From an uncultured Lachnospiraceae bacterium (GTDB lineage: Bacteria > Bacillota > Clostridia > Lachnospirales > Lachnospiraceae), in NCBI GenBank assembly GCA_900321785.1, contig ONXK01000003.1:1-49051 (forward strand): a stretch of DNA of 49,051 nt. Reading direction: 5' to 3'. The position numbers and the translations under genes are program-made. Under the pieces are notes generated by a model, which saw nothing but the letters and a program-made list of their open reading frames with translations, ran no database searches and was not told where the DNA came from. Of the stretch, positions 18,606 through 30,031 are shown one piece after another (the stretch's first letter is position 1; every line of letters begins with the position of its first letter).

Positions 18606-19919
18606 TTAATCGTTGAGGAAACCTTTGTAGTTCCTTACGAGCATCATGGATTCGACCTGCTTGATCGTCTCAAGCACGACACTGACAACGATGATCAGGC
18701 TGGTTCCTCCAAAGGAGATCGAGGCATTGAAGAGGCCTCTGAAAATGAAAGGAAGGATGCCGACCACGGTCAGGCCGATCGCACCAATGAAAATAATGTA
18801 ATTGAGAATCCTGTTCAGGTACTCGCTGGTGGGTCTGCCGGGACGGATACCCGGGATAAATCCGCCGCGCTTCTTCAGATTGTCCGCGATCTCGATCGGA
18901 TTGAAAGTGATCGATGTGTAGAAATACGCAAAGAAGATCAGAAGGACAATATAGAGCACAAGTCCCAGTGAATACTTGATATAGGAAGGATTGCACCAGT
19001 AAGAGGAGCTCAGATAGCGAAGTACCTCTGACCAGATACCCGTACCCTTGTATCCTGCAAGAGTGGAAATGATGCCGGGGAATTCCATCAGGGAAGATGC
19101 AAAGATGATCGGCATAACGCCTGCCGTATTCACCTTAAGGGGAATCACGGAAGTCTGTCCGGCTGTGAAGCGTCTGCCGTTGATCTTCTGAGCGTAGGAC
19201 ACAGGGATCTTCCTCTCTGCATCATTCAGAAGAATAACCATAAGGGTCATCACAAGGATCACTGCAATAATGATCACTGCTGCAACAGCACCGATGGCAA
19301 TGGTTTTTCCGACAACAAACTGGGTAAACAGTGCGACAATATCCTGAGGCATTCTGGAGATAATGTTGATGCACAGGACAATGGAGATACCGTTTCCGAT
19401 TCCCTTGACTGTGATCTGCTCACCGATCCACATCAGGAAGGCACTTCCGGCAGTCAGTGTTGCAATGACCATGATCACGTTAAGTGCGTTGAATTCTTCG
19501 AGGAGGCCCTGGCGGCCAAAGCCGATGGCCATAGCAGAAGATTCCAAAAGCGCAAGTGCGACCGTGACGTAACGGGTGATCGCTGTCATCATCTTCCTGC
19601 CCTCTTCGCCCTCACGCTGCATTTCCTCCAGTTTGGGAATCGCAATTGTAAGAAGCTGAATGATAATGGAAGATGTGATGTATGGCGTAATGTTCAGTGC
19701 CAGGATGGACATGTTCAGGAAGGAGCCGCCGGTAAAAGCGTCCACAAAGCTGAACGTATCGCCGGTCTGCTGCGCGAACCAGTCCGCGAAATAATTTCTG
19801 TCAACACCAGGGACCGGAAGCTGGCAGCCAAAGCGGATGATGATCATCATCAGGAATGTGAACAGAAGCTTCATCCTGATTTCTTTAACTTTAAAAACAT
19901 TTTTGATCGAGTCAATCAT
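18606..19919 (-). CDS. secY: Preprotein translocase SecY
   Basis: I.PYITSSII.QLL, GIGNGIS, IPGIRPG..T and FGGTSLII.V; start taken at MIDSIK. Confidence 0.98.
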   Translation of the reverse strand: MIDSIKNVFKVKEIRMKLLFTFLMMIIIRFGCQLPVPGVDRNYFADWFAQQTGDTFSFVDAFTGGSFLNMSILALNITPYITSSIIIQLLTIAIPKLEEMQREGEEGRKMMTAITRYVTVALALLESSAMAIGFGRQGLLEEFNALNVIMVIATLTAGSAFLMWIGEQITVKGIGNGISIVLCINIISRMPQDIVALFTQFVVGKTIAIGAVAAVIIIAVILVMTLMVILLNDAERKIPVSYAQKINGRRFTAGQTSVIPLKVNTAGVMPIIFASSLMEFPGIISTLAGYKGTGIWSEVLRYLSSSYWCNPSYIKYSLGLVLYIVLLIFFAYFYTSITFNPIEIADNLKKRGGFIPGIRPGRPTSEYLNRILNYIIFIGAIGLTVVGILPFIFRGLFNASISFGGTSLIIVVSVVLETIKQVESMMLVRNYKGFLND

Positions 19920-20097
19920 TCTCTTATGACCTTTCCGAAATTGCAAGCCCTCTATCGTTTTATTATCCTGCGCAGAGAAAACAGAGTCCTGATCGTTTTC
20001 AAAACGGATTGTTATTCACTGAATGGAAATACCGATAATAAAGGGCAAGCCATATCGGGCAGTTATACCCGATATGGCATGTCTATTTCTTGTTTGA

Positions 20098-20538
20098 TCA
20101 GCCAATAGTCTCGGCTGTGCCGCCGGCTGCCTCGATCTTTTCCTTAGCTGCAGCGCTGAAAGCTGTAACCTTAACAGTAAGCTTTTTGCTCAGATCAGCA
20201 TTGCCGATGATCTTAACGCCGTCACCGATCTTGCTGACAGCTCTGCTCTCAAGCAGTGCCTGCTCGTCTACAACTGCACCATCCTCGAATCTCTCGAGAG
20301 ATTTGATATTGACTGCAACGATATCTTTTGTATTGTAGCAAGTGAAGCCTCTCTTAGGGAGTCTTCTGTACAGAGGCATCTGGCCGCCTTCAAATCCGGG
20401 ACGGGGAGCTCCGCTTCTTGCCTTCTGGCCTTTATGGCCGTAACCTGCAGTCTTGCCGTTGCCGGAAGCGTGGCCGCGGCCTCTGCGGTAATCATTGTGC
20501 TTGGAGCCTTCAGCAGGCTTAAGATTATGTAAATCCAT
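20098..20538 (-). CDS. rplO: 50S ribosomal protein L15
   Basis: [19 protein letters not shown] and [18 protein letters not shown]. Confidence 0.99.
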   Translation of the reverse strand: MDLHNLKPAEGSKHNDYRRGRGHASGNGKTAGYGHKGQKARSGAPRPGFEGGQMPLYRRLPKRGFTCYNTKDIVAVNIKSLERFEDGAVVDEQALLESRAVSKIGDGVKIIGNADLSKKLTVKVTAFSAAAKEKIEAAGGTAETIG

Positions 20539-20556
20539 TTTTTTCCTCCTACCTTA

Positions 20557-20769
20557 TTAGTCCAGCTCTTCGACCTTAACCATGTGATTGATCAGTCTGA
20601 TCTGTCCCCTGGTAGCGGCATTGTCAGGAAGGATGACGAAGCTGTTCAGCTTCTTAAAGCCCATGGACTTGACGATTGCACGGTTCTTGGGAACAGCACC
20701 GATGGTAGACTTGATCAGAGTGATTTTCAGCTTCTTCGGCTCAGCTGCTGTTGCTTTCTCTGTAGGCAT
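20557..20769 (-). CDS. rpmD: 50S ribosomal protein L30 with a short N-terminal extension
   Basis: LKITLIKSTIG...RG.I..I.HMVKVEE; ATG at 20769 with GGAGG 5 nt upstream. Confidence 0.95.
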   Translation of the reverse strand: MPTEKATAAEPKKLKITLIKSTIGAVPKNRAIVKSMGFKKLNSFVILPDNAATRGQIRLINHMVKVEELD

Positions 20770-20774
20770 TTTTA

Positions 20775-20914
20775 CCTCCATGTCGAAGCGCTCTGCGCTG
20801 AGACACGCCGGAAGAAATATGCATTTCAAAGTCTTTCATATAAGGACTTTGAAATTGGCGATTTCTCCGATGCGATCTCGCAAGATTTGCGGCGCTTCAA
20901 CGCAAATCTTGTGA
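20775..20914. repeat. Dispersed three-hairpin element, copy B (rpsE-rpmD spacer)
   Basis: Same conserved blocks and hairpin order as 1503-1632; hairpins 2 and 3 differ in sequence and length. Confidence 0.8.
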
Positions 20915-20979
20915 ATGAAAAATAATCATTCAATATTATTTATCATTCTTTCTTCTTTCAGATCTGTATGTCTCGCCGA

Positions 20980-21489
20980 TCAGCCCTTAAGCTCAGCGAC
21001 GGTTTTGCCGCGCCTTGCTGCGACTTCTTCAGGAACCTTCAGCTGGCTGAGACCGTTAATTGTTGCCAGAACGACATTCTGCTTGTTGTTGGAGCCAAGA
21101 GACTTTGTACGGATATTCTTGATGCCTGCCAGCTCGCAAACTGTACGTGCAGGGCCGCCTGCGATGATACCGGTACCATCGGGAGACTTCTTAAGCAGAA
21201 CGGAAGCACTGCCGTACTTACCGATATAATCATGAGAGATACTGCTGACTTCGTCAAGCGCAACACTGACGAGGTTCTTGGATGCATCTTCTCTGCCCTT
21301 GCGGATTGCTTCCGGAATTTCAGTAGCCTTGCCAAGACCGCAGCCTACATGGCCGTTTCCGTCACCGACAACTACGAGGGCCGTGAAGCGCATGTTGCGG
21401 CCGCCCTTGACGACCTTGGTAACACGCTTGATGGCAACAACCTTATCGGTCAGTTCCATCTGGCTTGTATCGATCATTGTATGTTTCAT
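20980..21489 (-). CDS. rpsE: 30S ribosomal protein S5
   Basis: [28 protein letters not shown] and KSLGS.N. Confidence 0.99.
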   Translation of the reverse strand: MKHTMIDTSQMELTDKVVAIKRVTKVVKGGRNMRFTALVVVGDGNGHVGCGLGKATEIPEAIRKGREDASKNLVSVALDEVSSISHDYIGKYGSASVLLKKSPDGTGIIAGGPARTVCELAGIKNIRTKSLGSNNKQNVVLATINGLSQLKVPEEVAARRGKTVAELKG

Positions 21490-21504
21490 CACACATTCTC
21501 CTCC

Positions 21505-21873
21505 TTAGAATTCCAGGCCAGCCTTGCGGGCAGCTTCTGCCAGAGCAGCAACCTTACCCATGTAGATGTAACCGCCGCGGTCGAAGACCACTTCTTTGAT
21601 TCCCTTTTCAGCTGCTCTCTGTGCAATCACTTCGCCAACCTTCTCAGCAGCTGCGATGTCGTCTGTGTGCTCGACAGCATCCTGGATTTCCTTCTCGATC
21701 GTGCCTGCAGCCACCAGTGTGGTCTGTGCATCGTCGTCGATGATCTGTGCATAAATATGCTTATTGCTTCTGTATACGGCAAGACGAGGGCACTGAGCAG
21801 TACCGCTGATCCTGTTGCGGATTCTGGAATGCTTTTTCTCGCGGATCGCCTTCCTGTTTGCTTTCTTTACCAT
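21505..21873 (-). CDS. rplR: 50S ribosomal protein L18
   Basis: [28 protein letters not shown] and AR.AGLEF. Confidence 0.99.
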   Translation of the reverse strand: MVKKANRKAIREKKHSRIRNRISGTAQCPRLAVYRSNKHIYAQIIDDDAQTTLVAAGTIEKEIQDAVEHTDDIAAAEKVGEVIAQRAAEKGIKEVVFDRGGYIYMGKVAALAEAARKAGLEF

Positions 21874-22019
21874 TATAAATTCCTCCAAATATATGCTCCC
21901 GGATGCCTCGGAAAAGCACCGCCGTGCTTAATCAGCGTACACGTCAGTTCCCGTTCATTACGAACTGTTTCCTCTATGCCTTCCGGCAGCCAGATCAGAA
22001 TTATGGCTGATTCTATCTA

Positions 22020-22559
22020 TTATTTTTTGCCTGTCTTACCAACCTTACGGCGGATATGCTCGTCCGCATACTTGATGCCCTTGCCCTTATAAGGCTCAGG
22101 TCTGCGCTTATCTCTGATGTTTGCTGCGAACTGGCCGACGGCTTCTTTATCAATCCCCTTGACGGTGATCACATTGCCCTGGACCTCGGTGGTGACGCCT
22201 TCGGGATCTGTCATCTCAACGGGATGGGAATATCCTAAGCTAAGCGTAAGCGTATTACCTGACTTGGCTGCTCTGTAACCAACGCCGTTGACTTCCAGCT
22301 TCTTCTCGAAACCGGCAGACACACCGACCACCATGTTGTGGAGCAGGCTTCTGGTCAGTCCATGAAGGGATTTTTCCTTCTTCTGATCATTGGGTCTTTC
22401 GATGGTGATCACACCATCATTCTGGGAGATCTTCATCTCGCCAGGAAGGGTTCTTACCAAAGTACCTTTGGGACCCTTAACAGTCACTTTATTATTTTCT
22501 GCTACTTCCACAGTGACACCCGCGGGAATAGCGATTGGCATTCTACCGATTCGTGACAT
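22020..22559 (-). CDS. rplF: 50S ribosomal protein L6
   Basis: MSRIG..PI, GVGYRA, LGYSHPV and [10 protein letters not shown]. Confidence 0.99.
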   Translation of the reverse strand: MSRIGRMPIAIPAGVTVEVAENNKVTVKGPKGTLVRTLPGEMKISQNDGVITIERPNDQKKEKSLHGLTRSLLHNMVVGVSAGFEKKLEVNGVGYRAAKSGNTLTLSLGYSHPVEMTDPEGVTTEVQGNVITVKGIDKEAVGQFAANIRDKRRPEPYKGKGIKYADEHIRRKVGKTGKK

Positions 22560-22852
22560 GCCCGTACCTCCTGTTGTTATTCTACTCTTATAATGTGATT
22601 ACAGTTCTTTCCGCATCCGGCCTTACCTGTAATCTCAGTTGATATCATATTGTTTGATGCGGCTGTCCGGCATCAGCCTCCTGGAATATAGCCCGTTCCC
22701 CGGGAGCGGGCTTCCATATATTTCATGCCGGATCCAGATCCGCCGGGCGCCGTCCGGCACCCCGCTTGTATATCCGCCTGGCAATGTCTGCTATTCAGAC
22801 ATTCCAGTGCCACATAGTATCCGGTCTTATTCAGCAGGATGCTGAAAAATGA

Positions 22853-23254
22853 TTACCAGATAAATGCAAGAACTTCGCCGCCGACTTCAAGCTCTCTGGC
22901 CTTCTTGTCGGTGATCACACCCTGGTTGGTGGAAAGGATGGCAGTGCCGAGTCCGTCAAGAACCTTCGGAACTTCATTCTTCTTCGCATAGACGCGCAGG
23001 CCAGGCTTGGAGATTCTCTTAAGGCCGGTGATGATCTTGTCATTCTTGTCTGCGCCATACTTCAGGGTAATGCGGATATCCTGGAAATTGCCGTTGTCGA
23101 CCATCTCATACTTCCTGATGTAGCCCTCGTCGAGCAGGATGTTTGCGATCGCGATTTTCATCTTGGAAGAAGGGATATCAACTGTATCGTGTTTTGCAGT
23201 GTTAGCGTTACGGATTCTTGTAAGCATATCTGCAATAGGATCGCTCATTGTCAT
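22853..23254 (-). CDS. rpsH: 30S ribosomal protein S8
   Basis: [23 protein letters not shown] and GGEVL. Confidence 0.99.
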   Translation of the reverse strand: MTMSDPIADMLTRIRNANTAKHDTVDIPSSKMKIAIANILLDEGYIRKYEMVDNGNFQDIRITLKYGADKNDKIITGLKRISKPGLRVYAKKNEVPKVLDGLGTAILSTNQGVITDKKARELEVGGEVLAFIW

Positions 23255-23296
23255 TGATTTTGCCTCCTGATTGTGGATTCACCAAATTGAAACTAA

Positions 23297-23482
23297 TTAC
23301 CAGCTGGCTTTCTTCACGCCCGGGATCTGGCCCTTGTAAGCCAGCTCGCGGAAGCAGATTCTGCAGATACCATACTTTTTAAGAACAGAGTGCGGACGGC
23401 CGCAAATTCTGCAGCGGGTATAGGCCCTGGTTGAGAATTTGGGTTTCGCCTGCTGTTTCATCTTCATAGATGTTTTAGCCAT
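23297..23482 (-). CDS. rpsZ: 30S ribosomal protein S14, type Z (Zn-binding)
   Basis: 61 aa; RC.ICGR...G.CRICFRE.A..G.IPGV.KASW. Confidence 0.98.
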   Translation of the reverse strand: MAKTSMKMKQQAKPKFSTRAYTRCRICGRPHSVLKKYGICRICFRELAYKGQIPGVKKASW

Positions 23483-23566
23483 TTTTTTTCTCCTGATTCT
23501 ATGTCCTGCGGAAGCGCCCGGGGGCTCATCCCCTCAGTGCTTCCGGCTATGGGCTATACCTTTATC

Positions 23567-24115
23567 TTACTGCTCATCCCTGGCAAAAGGCATATTGAAG
23601 AGGCGAAGGAGCTCCCTTGCTTCCTCATCGGTATTTGCCGTGGTGGTAAAGATGATGTCCATGCCTCTGACCTTGTCAATCTGATCATACTCGATCTCAG
23701 GGAAGATCAGCTGCTCTTTGATACCAAGAGCGTAGTTACCTCTTCCGTCAAAGGAATTGGGGTTAACACCGCGGAAGTCACGGACACGGGGAAGTGCCAG
23801 ATTGACCAGTCTGTCAAGGAACTCATACATGCGGTCGCCGCGAAGGGTGACTTTGCAGCCGATGGGCATGCCTTCCCTGATCTTAAAGTTCGCGATGGAC
23901 TTTTTAGCCTTTGTAATAACGGGCTTCTGGCCGGTGATGATAGCCATGTCTCTGGCTGCAGCGTCGAGGATCTTCTCGTTCTCTCTTGCTTCACCGATAC
24001 CCATGTTGACGACGATCTTGTCCAGCTTCGGAACCTGCATGATGTTCTTGTAGCCGAACTTCTTCATCATCTGCTCGCGGATTTCATCCATATACAGATC
24101 TTTGAGTCTACTCAA
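23567..24115 (-). CDS. rplE: 50S ribosomal protein L5
   Basis: [23 protein letters not shown] and [17 protein letters not shown]; TTG start. Confidence 0.99.
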   Translation of the reverse strand: MSRLKDLYMDEIREQMMKKFGYKNIMQVPKLDKIVVNMGIGEARENEKILDAAARDMAIITGQKPVITKAKKSIANFKIREGMPIGCKVTLRGDRMYEFLDRLVNLALPRVRDFRGVNPNSFDGRGNYALGIKEQLIFPEIEYDQIDKVRGMDIIFTTTANTDEEARELLRLFNMPFARDEQ

Positions 24116-24199
24116 CGTTATATCCTCCTAATATGCTGATTCTATTAGCATAAATTGACAAACGGGATTTATCGATACCCGCCTGTCACATTCGGGCTG

Positions 24200-24511
24200 T
24201 TACTCGACAACCTTACCGGTCTTCTTTGCGACGCGGACCTTGCTCTTGCCCTCACCGCTGAAACCGACTCGTGTAACCTGGCCGTCGACGACCAGCATGA
24301 CGTTGGAGATATCCATGGCTGCTTCCTGCTGCACGATTCCGCCGTTCTGATTGGTCATGGAAGGCTTGGTATGCTTTGTAACAATATTTGCACCTTCTAC
24401 GGTGACTCTGCCTTTTTTACGGTCAACGGCGATGACTTTGCCCTCATGGCCTTTGCTCTTGCCGGTCATGACTCTGACAGTATCGCCAACCTTGATTTTG
24501 CTCATTGCCAT
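24200..24511 (-). CDS. rplX: 50S ribosomal protein L24
   Basis: KOW motif IK.GD.V.V..GK.KG..G.V and GGI...EA....SNV. Confidence 0.98.
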   Translation of the reverse strand: MAMSKIKVGDTVRVMTGKSKGHEGKVIAVDRKKGRVTVEGANIVTKHTKPSMTNQNGGIVQQEAAMDISNVMLVVDGQVTRVGFSGEGKSKVRVAKKTGKVVE

Positions 24512-24524
24512 AGCTCTCTCCTCC

Positions 24525-24893
24525 TTATAATACTTCAGGAGCCAGGGAGAGGATCTTCATGAACTTCTTCTCACGAAGCTCTCTGGCTACAGGTCCGAAG
24601 ATACGTGTGCCTGTCGGAGTCTGGTCGTCTTTGATGATAACGGCCGCGTTCTCGTCGAAGCGAATGTAAGAGCCATCTTTCCTGCGTGTAGTATTGACTG
24701 TACGGACAACAACTGCCTTTACGACATCACCTTTTTTGACAACGCCGCCGGGTGCTGCTTCTTTAACAGTTGCGATGATGACATCGCCGATTCTCGCATA
24801 TCTTCTTGTGGAGCCGCCGCAGACGCGGATGCAGAGGATTTCCTTTGCACCGGTATTATCAGCGACTCTGAGTCTGCTTTCCTGCTGAATCAT
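24525..24893 (-). CDS. rplN: 50S ribosomal protein L14
   Basis: MIQQES.L.VADNTGA, FDENAAV and [13 protein letters not shown]. Confidence 0.99.
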   Translation of the reverse strand: MIQQESRLRVADNTGAKEILCIRVCGGSTRRYARIGDVIIATVKEAAPGGVVKKGDVVKAVVVRTVNTTRRKDGSYIRFDENAAVIIKDDQTPTGTRIFGPVARELREKKFMKILSLAPEVL

Positions 24894-25090
24894 ATCTATT
24901 TTCCTTTCTTTTGGGTCTGGTGACAGGCATTTCGTGCCAGCGCCCTCCGCCCTGAGGTGGGGCGCTGTGCATTGCCTGCGCGGTCCAGAGGAGCAGGACC
25001 GGATCTGTGTCCTGCCGTCTGCTCATTCGACCATCCATAAACTCCGATTTTGTAAAGGAAGATAACACATCCGGAATCTGATCCGTTCGA

Positions 25091-25351
25091 TTACCTTGCC
25101 TTCTCGATGACGTTGACAACTCTCCACCTCTTGGTCTTGGAGAGAGGTCTTGTCTCCATAACACGAACTGTATCGCCGATGCCGCACTCGTTCTGCTCAT
25201 CATGCGCTTTCAGCTTATATGTCTTCTTAACGATCTTTCCGATCAGCGGATGCTTGACGTGATCCTCGATTGCAACGACGACAGTCTTGTCCATCTTGTC
25301 GCTGACAACCTTGCCGATACGGACTTTTCTAAGATTTCTTTCCACGGTCAT
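25091..25351 (-). CDS. rpsQ: 30S ribosomal protein S17
   Basis: [17 protein letters not shown] and ETRPLSK.KRW. Confidence 0.99.
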   Translation of the reverse strand: MTVERNLRKVRIGKVVSDKMDKTVVVAIEDHVKHPLIGKIVKKTYKLKAHDEQNECGIGDTVRVMETRPLSKTKRWRVVNVIEKAR

Positions 25352-25384
25352 TCTCCTTTATTCTCAGAATTCCAATCCGTCGTT

Positions 25385-25585
25385 TCACTGCTCCTGTGCA
25401 CTGATCATGGTTTTGATCCTGGCGATGTTTCTGCGGACTTCCCTGATCCTTGCCGTATTCGTCAGCTGGTTCGTGGCATTCTGGAATCTCAGATTGAAGA
25501 GCTCCTTCTTTGCGGAAACAAGTTCCTGATTCAGCTCTTCGACGTTTTTATTTCTAAGGTCCTCAACGTACGCTTTACTCTTCAT
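25385..25585 (-). CDS. rpmC: 50S ribosomal protein L29
   Basis: [25 protein letters not shown]. Confidence 0.98.
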   Translation of the reverse strand: MKSKAYVEDLRNKNVEELNQELVSAKKELFNLRFQNATNQLTNTARIREVRRNIARIKTMISAQEQ

Positions 25586-26014
25586 TTATACTGCACCACC
25601 TTCCAATTGCTCTTTGGAGACGATCTTGCATTTGCAGGGAAGCTTGTTCGCTGCAAGGCGGAGCGCCTCTTTCGCTGTCTCTTCAGGAACGCCAGCGATC
25701 TCGAACATGACGCGGCCGGGTTTGACAACAGCTACCCAGTACTCAACTGCGCCCTTACCGGAACCCATACGGACTTCGGCAGGCTTCTTGGTAACGGGCT
25801 TGTCGGGGAAGATCTTGATCCAGATCTTACCGCCACGGCGGACGTAACGGGTCATAGCGACACGAGCTGCCTCGATCTGATTGGAGCGGATCCAGACGGG
25901 CTCTGTGCATACGAGACCAAATTCGCCGTAAGAAATCTTAGTTCCTCTGGTGGGTGTGCCCGCCATGCTGCCACGGAACTGTTTACGATATTTCACTCTC
26001 TTGGGCATTAACAT
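25586..26014 (-). CDS. rplP: 50S ribosomal protein L16
   Basis: [21 protein letters not shown] and RMGSGKG. Confidence 0.99.
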   Translation of the reverse strand: MLMPKRVKYRKQFRGSMAGTPTRGTKISYGEFGLVCTEPVWIRSNQIEAARVAMTRYVRRGGKIWIKIFPDKPVTKKPAEVRMGSGKGAVEYWVAVVKPGRVMFEIAGVPEETAKEALRLAANKLPCKCKIVSKEQLEGGAV

Positions 26015-26676
26015 CAGCGATCACTCCCTTCTGCTTTATTTGCATTCTTTGCGGGAAGGACCTCACCCTTGTAGATCCAAACCTTTACGCCAACTTTGCC
26101 GTAGGTGGTATTTGCTTCCGCAAAGCCATAGTCGATGTCTGCGCGCAGTGTCTGCAGCGGAATGGTTCCTTCGGAGTAGGTCTCTGTACGTGCGATATCA
26201 GCACCGCCCAGACGGCCGCCGCAGGAAGCCTTGATGCCGAGAGCGCCGGCCTTCATGGTTCTGCCCATGCAGGACTTCATGGCTCTTCTGAAGGACACAC
26301 GGCCTTCAAGCTGCTGCGCAATGTTCTCTGCGACCAGCTGTGCATCCCTGTCGGGGCGCTTGATTTCCTTGATGTCAAGGAGAATCTTCTTGCCGGTCAT
26401 CTTCTGAAGCTGTTTTCTGGTATTTTCGATCTCAGCGCCGCCCTTGCCGATTACTACGCCGGGCTTCTGTGCATAGACGATCACCTTAACGCGGTCGGAA
26501 GCACGCTCGACTTCGACCTTGGAGATGCCTGCGCTGTAGAGCTTTTTCTTCAGAAACTTTCTGATATTGTAATCTTCAACGAGAAGGTCCGCGAAATCGC
26601 CTTCAGCATACCATCTGGAATCCCAGTCTTTGATAATGCCTACACGCAGACCATGAGGATTAACTTTCTGTCCCAT
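26014..26676 (-). CDS. rpsC: 30S ribosomal protein S3
   Basis: [20 protein letters not shown] and [12 protein letters not shown]. Confidence 0.99.
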   Translation of the reverse strand: MGQKVNPHGLRVGIIKDWDSRWYAEGDFADLLVEDYNIRKFLKKKLYSAGISKVEVERASDRVKVIVYAQKPGVVIGKGGAEIENTRKQLQKMTGKKILLDIKEIKRPDRDAQLVAENIAQQLEGRVSFRRAMKSCMGRTMKAGALGIKASCGGRLGGADIARTETYSEGTIPLQTLRADIDYGFAEANTTYGKVGVKVWIYKGEVLPAKNANKAEGSDR

Positions 26677-26698
26677 TTTGGCTCCTTTCTATTTCCGC

Positions 26699-27097
26699 TT
26701 ACTCTTCTGTCTTCTTCTCATCGAGAACGATCTTGAGATTGCTCATTCTCTTGAGAATCCTGTACGCTCTGCCCTGTGCCCTGGGTCTGATTCTCTTCAT
26801 TGTAGGGCCGTCGAAAGCGTAGCACTCTGCGACATACAGGTTGGCGGCGTTCATGCCGAGGTTGTTCTCAGCATTTGCCACTGCGGAGTTGAGGAGCTTC
26901 AGGATCACTTCTGAAGCATACCTGTTGTTGTATGAAAGAATACCGATTGCTGTCTCAACATCTTTGCCGCGGATCGCATCCATAACAAAGCATGCTTTCT
27001 GAGTGGGTATTCTGGCGTAAGAAAGCTTTGCCGAAGGTCTTGTGTCCTTCTGGGCATTCCTTTCTCTCTTAATCTGGGTTCTATGTCCGTTTGCCAT
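26699..27097 (-). CDS. rplV: 50S ribosomal protein L22
   Basis: IRGK, KLL.SA.ANAENN and GP.MKR.RPRAQGRA..I.KR. Confidence 0.98.
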   Translation of the reverse strand: MANGHRTQIKRERNAQKDTRPSAKLSYARIPTQKACFVMDAIRGKDVETAIGILSYNNRYASEVILKLLNSAVANAENNLGMNAANLYVAECYAFDGPTMKRIRPRAQGRAYRILKRMSNLKIVLDEKKTEE

Positions 27098-27134
27098 AGT
27101 TCCGCTCCTTTCAAATCAAACTCCGTCAGGCGGT

Positions 27135-27425
27135 TCAGCCTACGGAAGACTTTCTGTCGCTCTTGTTGTTGCCCTGGTGGCCTCTGTAGGTTCTTGTCAG
27201 AACGAACTCACCGAGCTTATGTCCGACCATATCCTCAGTCACGTACACCGGCACGTGCTTGCGGCCGTCATGAACGGCGATCGTGTGTCCAACGAACGAC
27301 GGGAAAATCGTCGAGCGGCGAGACCAGGTCTTGATGACCTGCTTGCTGCCGGAAGCGTTCATCTCGTCAATCTTCTTTAAAAGGCTTTTATCCGCAAACG
27401 GTCCTTTTTTCAATGATCTTGCCAT
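27135..27425 (-). CDS. rpsS: 30S ribosomal protein S19
   Basis: [20 protein letters not shown] and MVGHKLGEF. Confidence 0.99.
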   Translation of the reverse strand: MARSLKKGPFADKSLLKKIDEMNASGSKQVIKTWSRRSTIFPSFVGHTIAVHDGRKHVPVYVTEDMVGHKLGEFVLTRTYRGHQGNNKSDRKSSVG

Positions 27426-27494
27426 GGTAATCTCCTTATTTGTCATCAGCAGCATTCTGCTCCTGCAGTATGCGTGCTGTGCAGTCCTTATTAA

Positions 27495-28328
27495 TTATTT
27501 CTTACCGCCGCGTCTTCTTACGATCAGCTTATCAGAAGCTTTCTTGCGACGAGTCTTGTAACCAAGAGCGGGCTTGCCCCAAGGGGTGCTCGGTCCGGGA
27601 CGACCGATCGGAGCCTTGCCCTCACCACCACCATGAGGGTGATCGTTGGGGTTCATGACGGAACCGCGGACTGTAGGACGGATGCCCATGTGGCGCTTCC
27701 GGCCGGCTTTACCATAGTTGATCAGGTTGTGGTCGATGTTGCCGAGGACGCCGATTGTGGCGCGGCATTCCATCGGAACCATTCTCATCTCGCCCGAAGG
27801 GAGACGAAGTGTTGCATATTTGCCTTCCTTAGCCATCAGCTGTGCGCTTGTACCGGCGCTGCGGACCATCTGGCCGCCCTTGCCGGGCTTAAGCTCAACG
27901 TTGTGTACCTGGGTACCAACGGGGATGACAGACAGAGGCAGGCAGTTGCCGACTCTGATTTCGGCTTCGGGGCCGTTCATGACGGTCATGCCGTCTGTCA
28001 GGCCCTGGGGAGCCAGGATATAGGACTTCTCGCCGTCCGCATAGCAGATCAGAGCGATGTTTGCAGTTCTGTTGGGATCGTACTCAATTCCGATGACCTT
28101 TGCAGGGATGCCGTCCTTGATTCTTCTGAAATCGACCAGTCTGTATTTTCTTCTGTTGCCGCCGCCGTGATGTCTGACAGTGATGCGACCCTGGTTGTTA
28201 CGTCCAGCGTTCTTCTTGAGGGACTCGGTCAGGGATTTCTCGGGAGTTGTCTTTGTGATCTCGGAGAAATCGGAACCTGTCATGTTACGTCTTGACGGGG
28301 TATAAGCGGTATACTTTTTAATTCCCAT
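27495..28328 (-). CDS. rplB: 50S ribosomal protein L2
   Basis: GRNN.GRITVRH.GGG, EYDPNR.A.IAL and [15 protein letters not shown]. Confidence 0.99.
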   Translation of the reverse strand: MGIKKYTAYTPSRRNMTGSDFSEITKTTPEKSLTESLKKNAGRNNQGRITVRHHGGGNRRKYRLVDFRRIKDGIPAKVIGIEYDPNRTANIALICYADGEKSYILAPQGLTDGMTVMNGPEAEIRVGNCLPLSVIPVGTQVHNVELKPGKGGQMVRSAGTSAQLMAKEGKYATLRLPSGEMRMVPMECRATIGVLGNIDHNLINYGKAGRKRHMGIRPTVRGSVMNPNDHPHGGGEGKAPIGRPGPSTPWGKPALGYKTRRKKASDKLIVRRRGGKK

Positions 28329-28393
28329 GATTGGTTCTCCTATTAATCTTTAAGATTCGCACCGCGTTTAAGTCCGATGCTTTAGCAGCGGGA

Positions 28394-28693
28394 TCAAAGT
28401 CCTGTGAAGACCTCGATGTCCTTGCTGTCTTCGGTGAGCTTTACAATGGCTTTCTTGGTCTTTGCTGTGAGACCATAAACCATACCCCTTCTCTTTCTCT
28501 TGCCGTCTGCGTTGAGGGTATTGACCTTCTCGACCTTTGTGCCTTCGAACAGTCTCTCAACAGCGGTCTTGATCTGATACTTGTTAGCATCGGGATGTAC
28601 CAGGAAGGTATATTTCTTCTCGGCCATCAGCTCCATGCTCTTCTCCGTGATAACGGGCTTTAACAGAATGTCGTAATATTCGAGCGTTGCCAT
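28394..28693 (-). CDS. rplW: 50S ribosomal protein L23
   Basis: P.ITEKS, YTF.V...ANK.QIK.AVE..F and KKAIV.L. Confidence 0.98.
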   Translation of the reverse strand: MATLEYYDILLKPVITEKSMELMAEKKYTFLVHPDANKYQIKTAVERLFEGTKVEKVNTLNADGKRKRRGMVYGLTAKTKKAIVKLTEDSKDIEVFTGL

Positions 28694-29316
28694 TATGCGT
28701 ACACCTCCTCGATCTTCGCGACAGCATCCTTGGTGATGACCAGTGTCTGTGCATTCATGACATCGTAAACGTTCATCTCGGATGTCTGGGTTGTCTTTGT
28801 ATCAGGCAGGTTCCTTGCGGAAAGGATCACGTTCTGATCCATATCGCCGAGAACGAAAAGTGCCTTGTTGCTGATCTTCAGATTCTCAAGAACCTTTGCG
28901 AAAGCTTTGGTCTTGATCTCGTCGAACTTCAGCTCGTCGAGGACGATCAGCTTGCCTTCCTGAAGGCGGTCCGTCAGAGCGGACTTGAGAGCAGCTCTCT
29001 TTTCCTTCTTGTTCATCTTAAAGGAATAGTCGCGGGGAACGGGTGCGAATACAACGCCGCCGCCCTTCCACTGAGGAGCTCTGGTTGAACCCTGGCGCGC
29101 ATGGCCGGTACCCTTCTGTCTCCAGGGCTTTCTGCCTCCTCCGGAAACCTCACCGCGGGTCTTGGCTTTCTGTGTACCCTGGCGCTTGTTTGCCAGCTGC
29201 TGTACTACTGCCATGTGGATCAGGTTCTCATTTACTTCAACGCCGAAAATCGCGTCGTTGAGGTCGATTGTGCCGACCTCCTGTCCTTCCATATTAAATA
29301 CAGATACGTTCGCCAT
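28693..29316 (-). CDS. rplD: 50S ribosomal protein L4
   Basis: RQGT...[32 protein letters not shown]. Confidence 0.99.
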   Translation of the reverse strand: MANVSVFNMEGQEVGTIDLNDAIFGVEVNENLIHMAVVQQLANKRQGTQKAKTRGEVSGGGRKPWRQKGTGHARQGSTRAPQWKGGGVVFAPVPRDYSFKMNKKEKRAALKSALTDRLQEGKLIVLDELKFDEIKTKAFAKVLENLKISNKALFVLGDMDQNVILSARNLPDTKTTQTSEMNVYDVMNAQTLVITKDAVAKIEEVYA

Positions 29317-29347
29317 CTGTGTTCCTCCTTTCTATCGACCCAGCCAC

Positions 29348-30031
29348 TTAAGCTTCAGCCTTTGTGGTCTCTTTGATGGTCACAAGGCCCTTCTTGGGTC
29401 CGGGAATCGCGCCCTTGACAAGGAGCAGATTCTTCTCGGCATCCACGCGGACGATCTCAAGATTTCTGACCGTAACCTGCACGGAACCCATGTGTCCGGG
29501 CATTCCCTTACCCTTGAAAACTCTGCTGGGATCGGAACTGGAACCGTTGGAACCCTGATGACGATGGAACTTGGAGCCGTGTCCCATAGGGCCTCTGTGC
29601 TGGCCGTGACGCTTGATGGCGCCCTGGAAGCCTTTACCCTTGGTAACAGCAGTAGCATCGATCTTGTCGCCTTCTGCGAAGATGTCAGCCTTGATCTCAT
29701 CGCCAAGCTTGTATTCGGAAGCATTCTCGAAGAGGAACTCACGGACATGCTTCTTCACGGAAACACCGGCCTTGTCGAAGTGGCCCTTCATCGCCTTGCC
29801 TACGCCGTGGCGGTGAGCGACTTCCTTCTTGCCGTTCTTGTCAACTGTGGTGATGCGCTCTTTAGCATCGCCGTAGCCGACCTGAACTGCCTCATAGCCG
29901 TCATTCTCGATTGTCTTGATCTGTGTGACTACGCAGGGGCCAGCCTCAAGGACTGTTACAGGAATCAGAGTACCGTCTTCCTGGAAGACCTGGGTCATAC
30001 CGATCTTGGTTGCCATAATAGCTTTCTTCAT
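29348..30031 (-). CDS. rplC: 50S ribosomal protein L3 (with an internal insert)
   Basis: K.GMTQVF..DG..IPVTV, KGKGFQG.IKRH, MPGHMG and VKGAIPG; start at MKKAI. Confidence 0.98.
   Translation of the reverse strand: MKKAIMATKIGMTQVFQEDGTLIPVTVLEAGPCVVTQIKTIENDGYEAVQVGYGDAKERITTVDKNGKKEVAHRHGVGKAMKGHFDKAGVSVKKHVREFLFENASEYKLGDEIKADIFAEGDKIDATAVTKGKGFQGAIKRHGQHRGPMGHGSKFHRHQGSNGSSSDPSRVFKGKGMPGHMGSVQVTVRNLEIVRVDAEKNLLLVKGAIPGPKKGLVTIKETTKAEA

Noticed and set aside
22611-22626. ccgcatccggc resembling an enterobacterial REP arm (also near 16946)
   Set aside because: Only one arm is present, and CCGGA/ATCCGG words are frequent throughout this sequence, including within genes.
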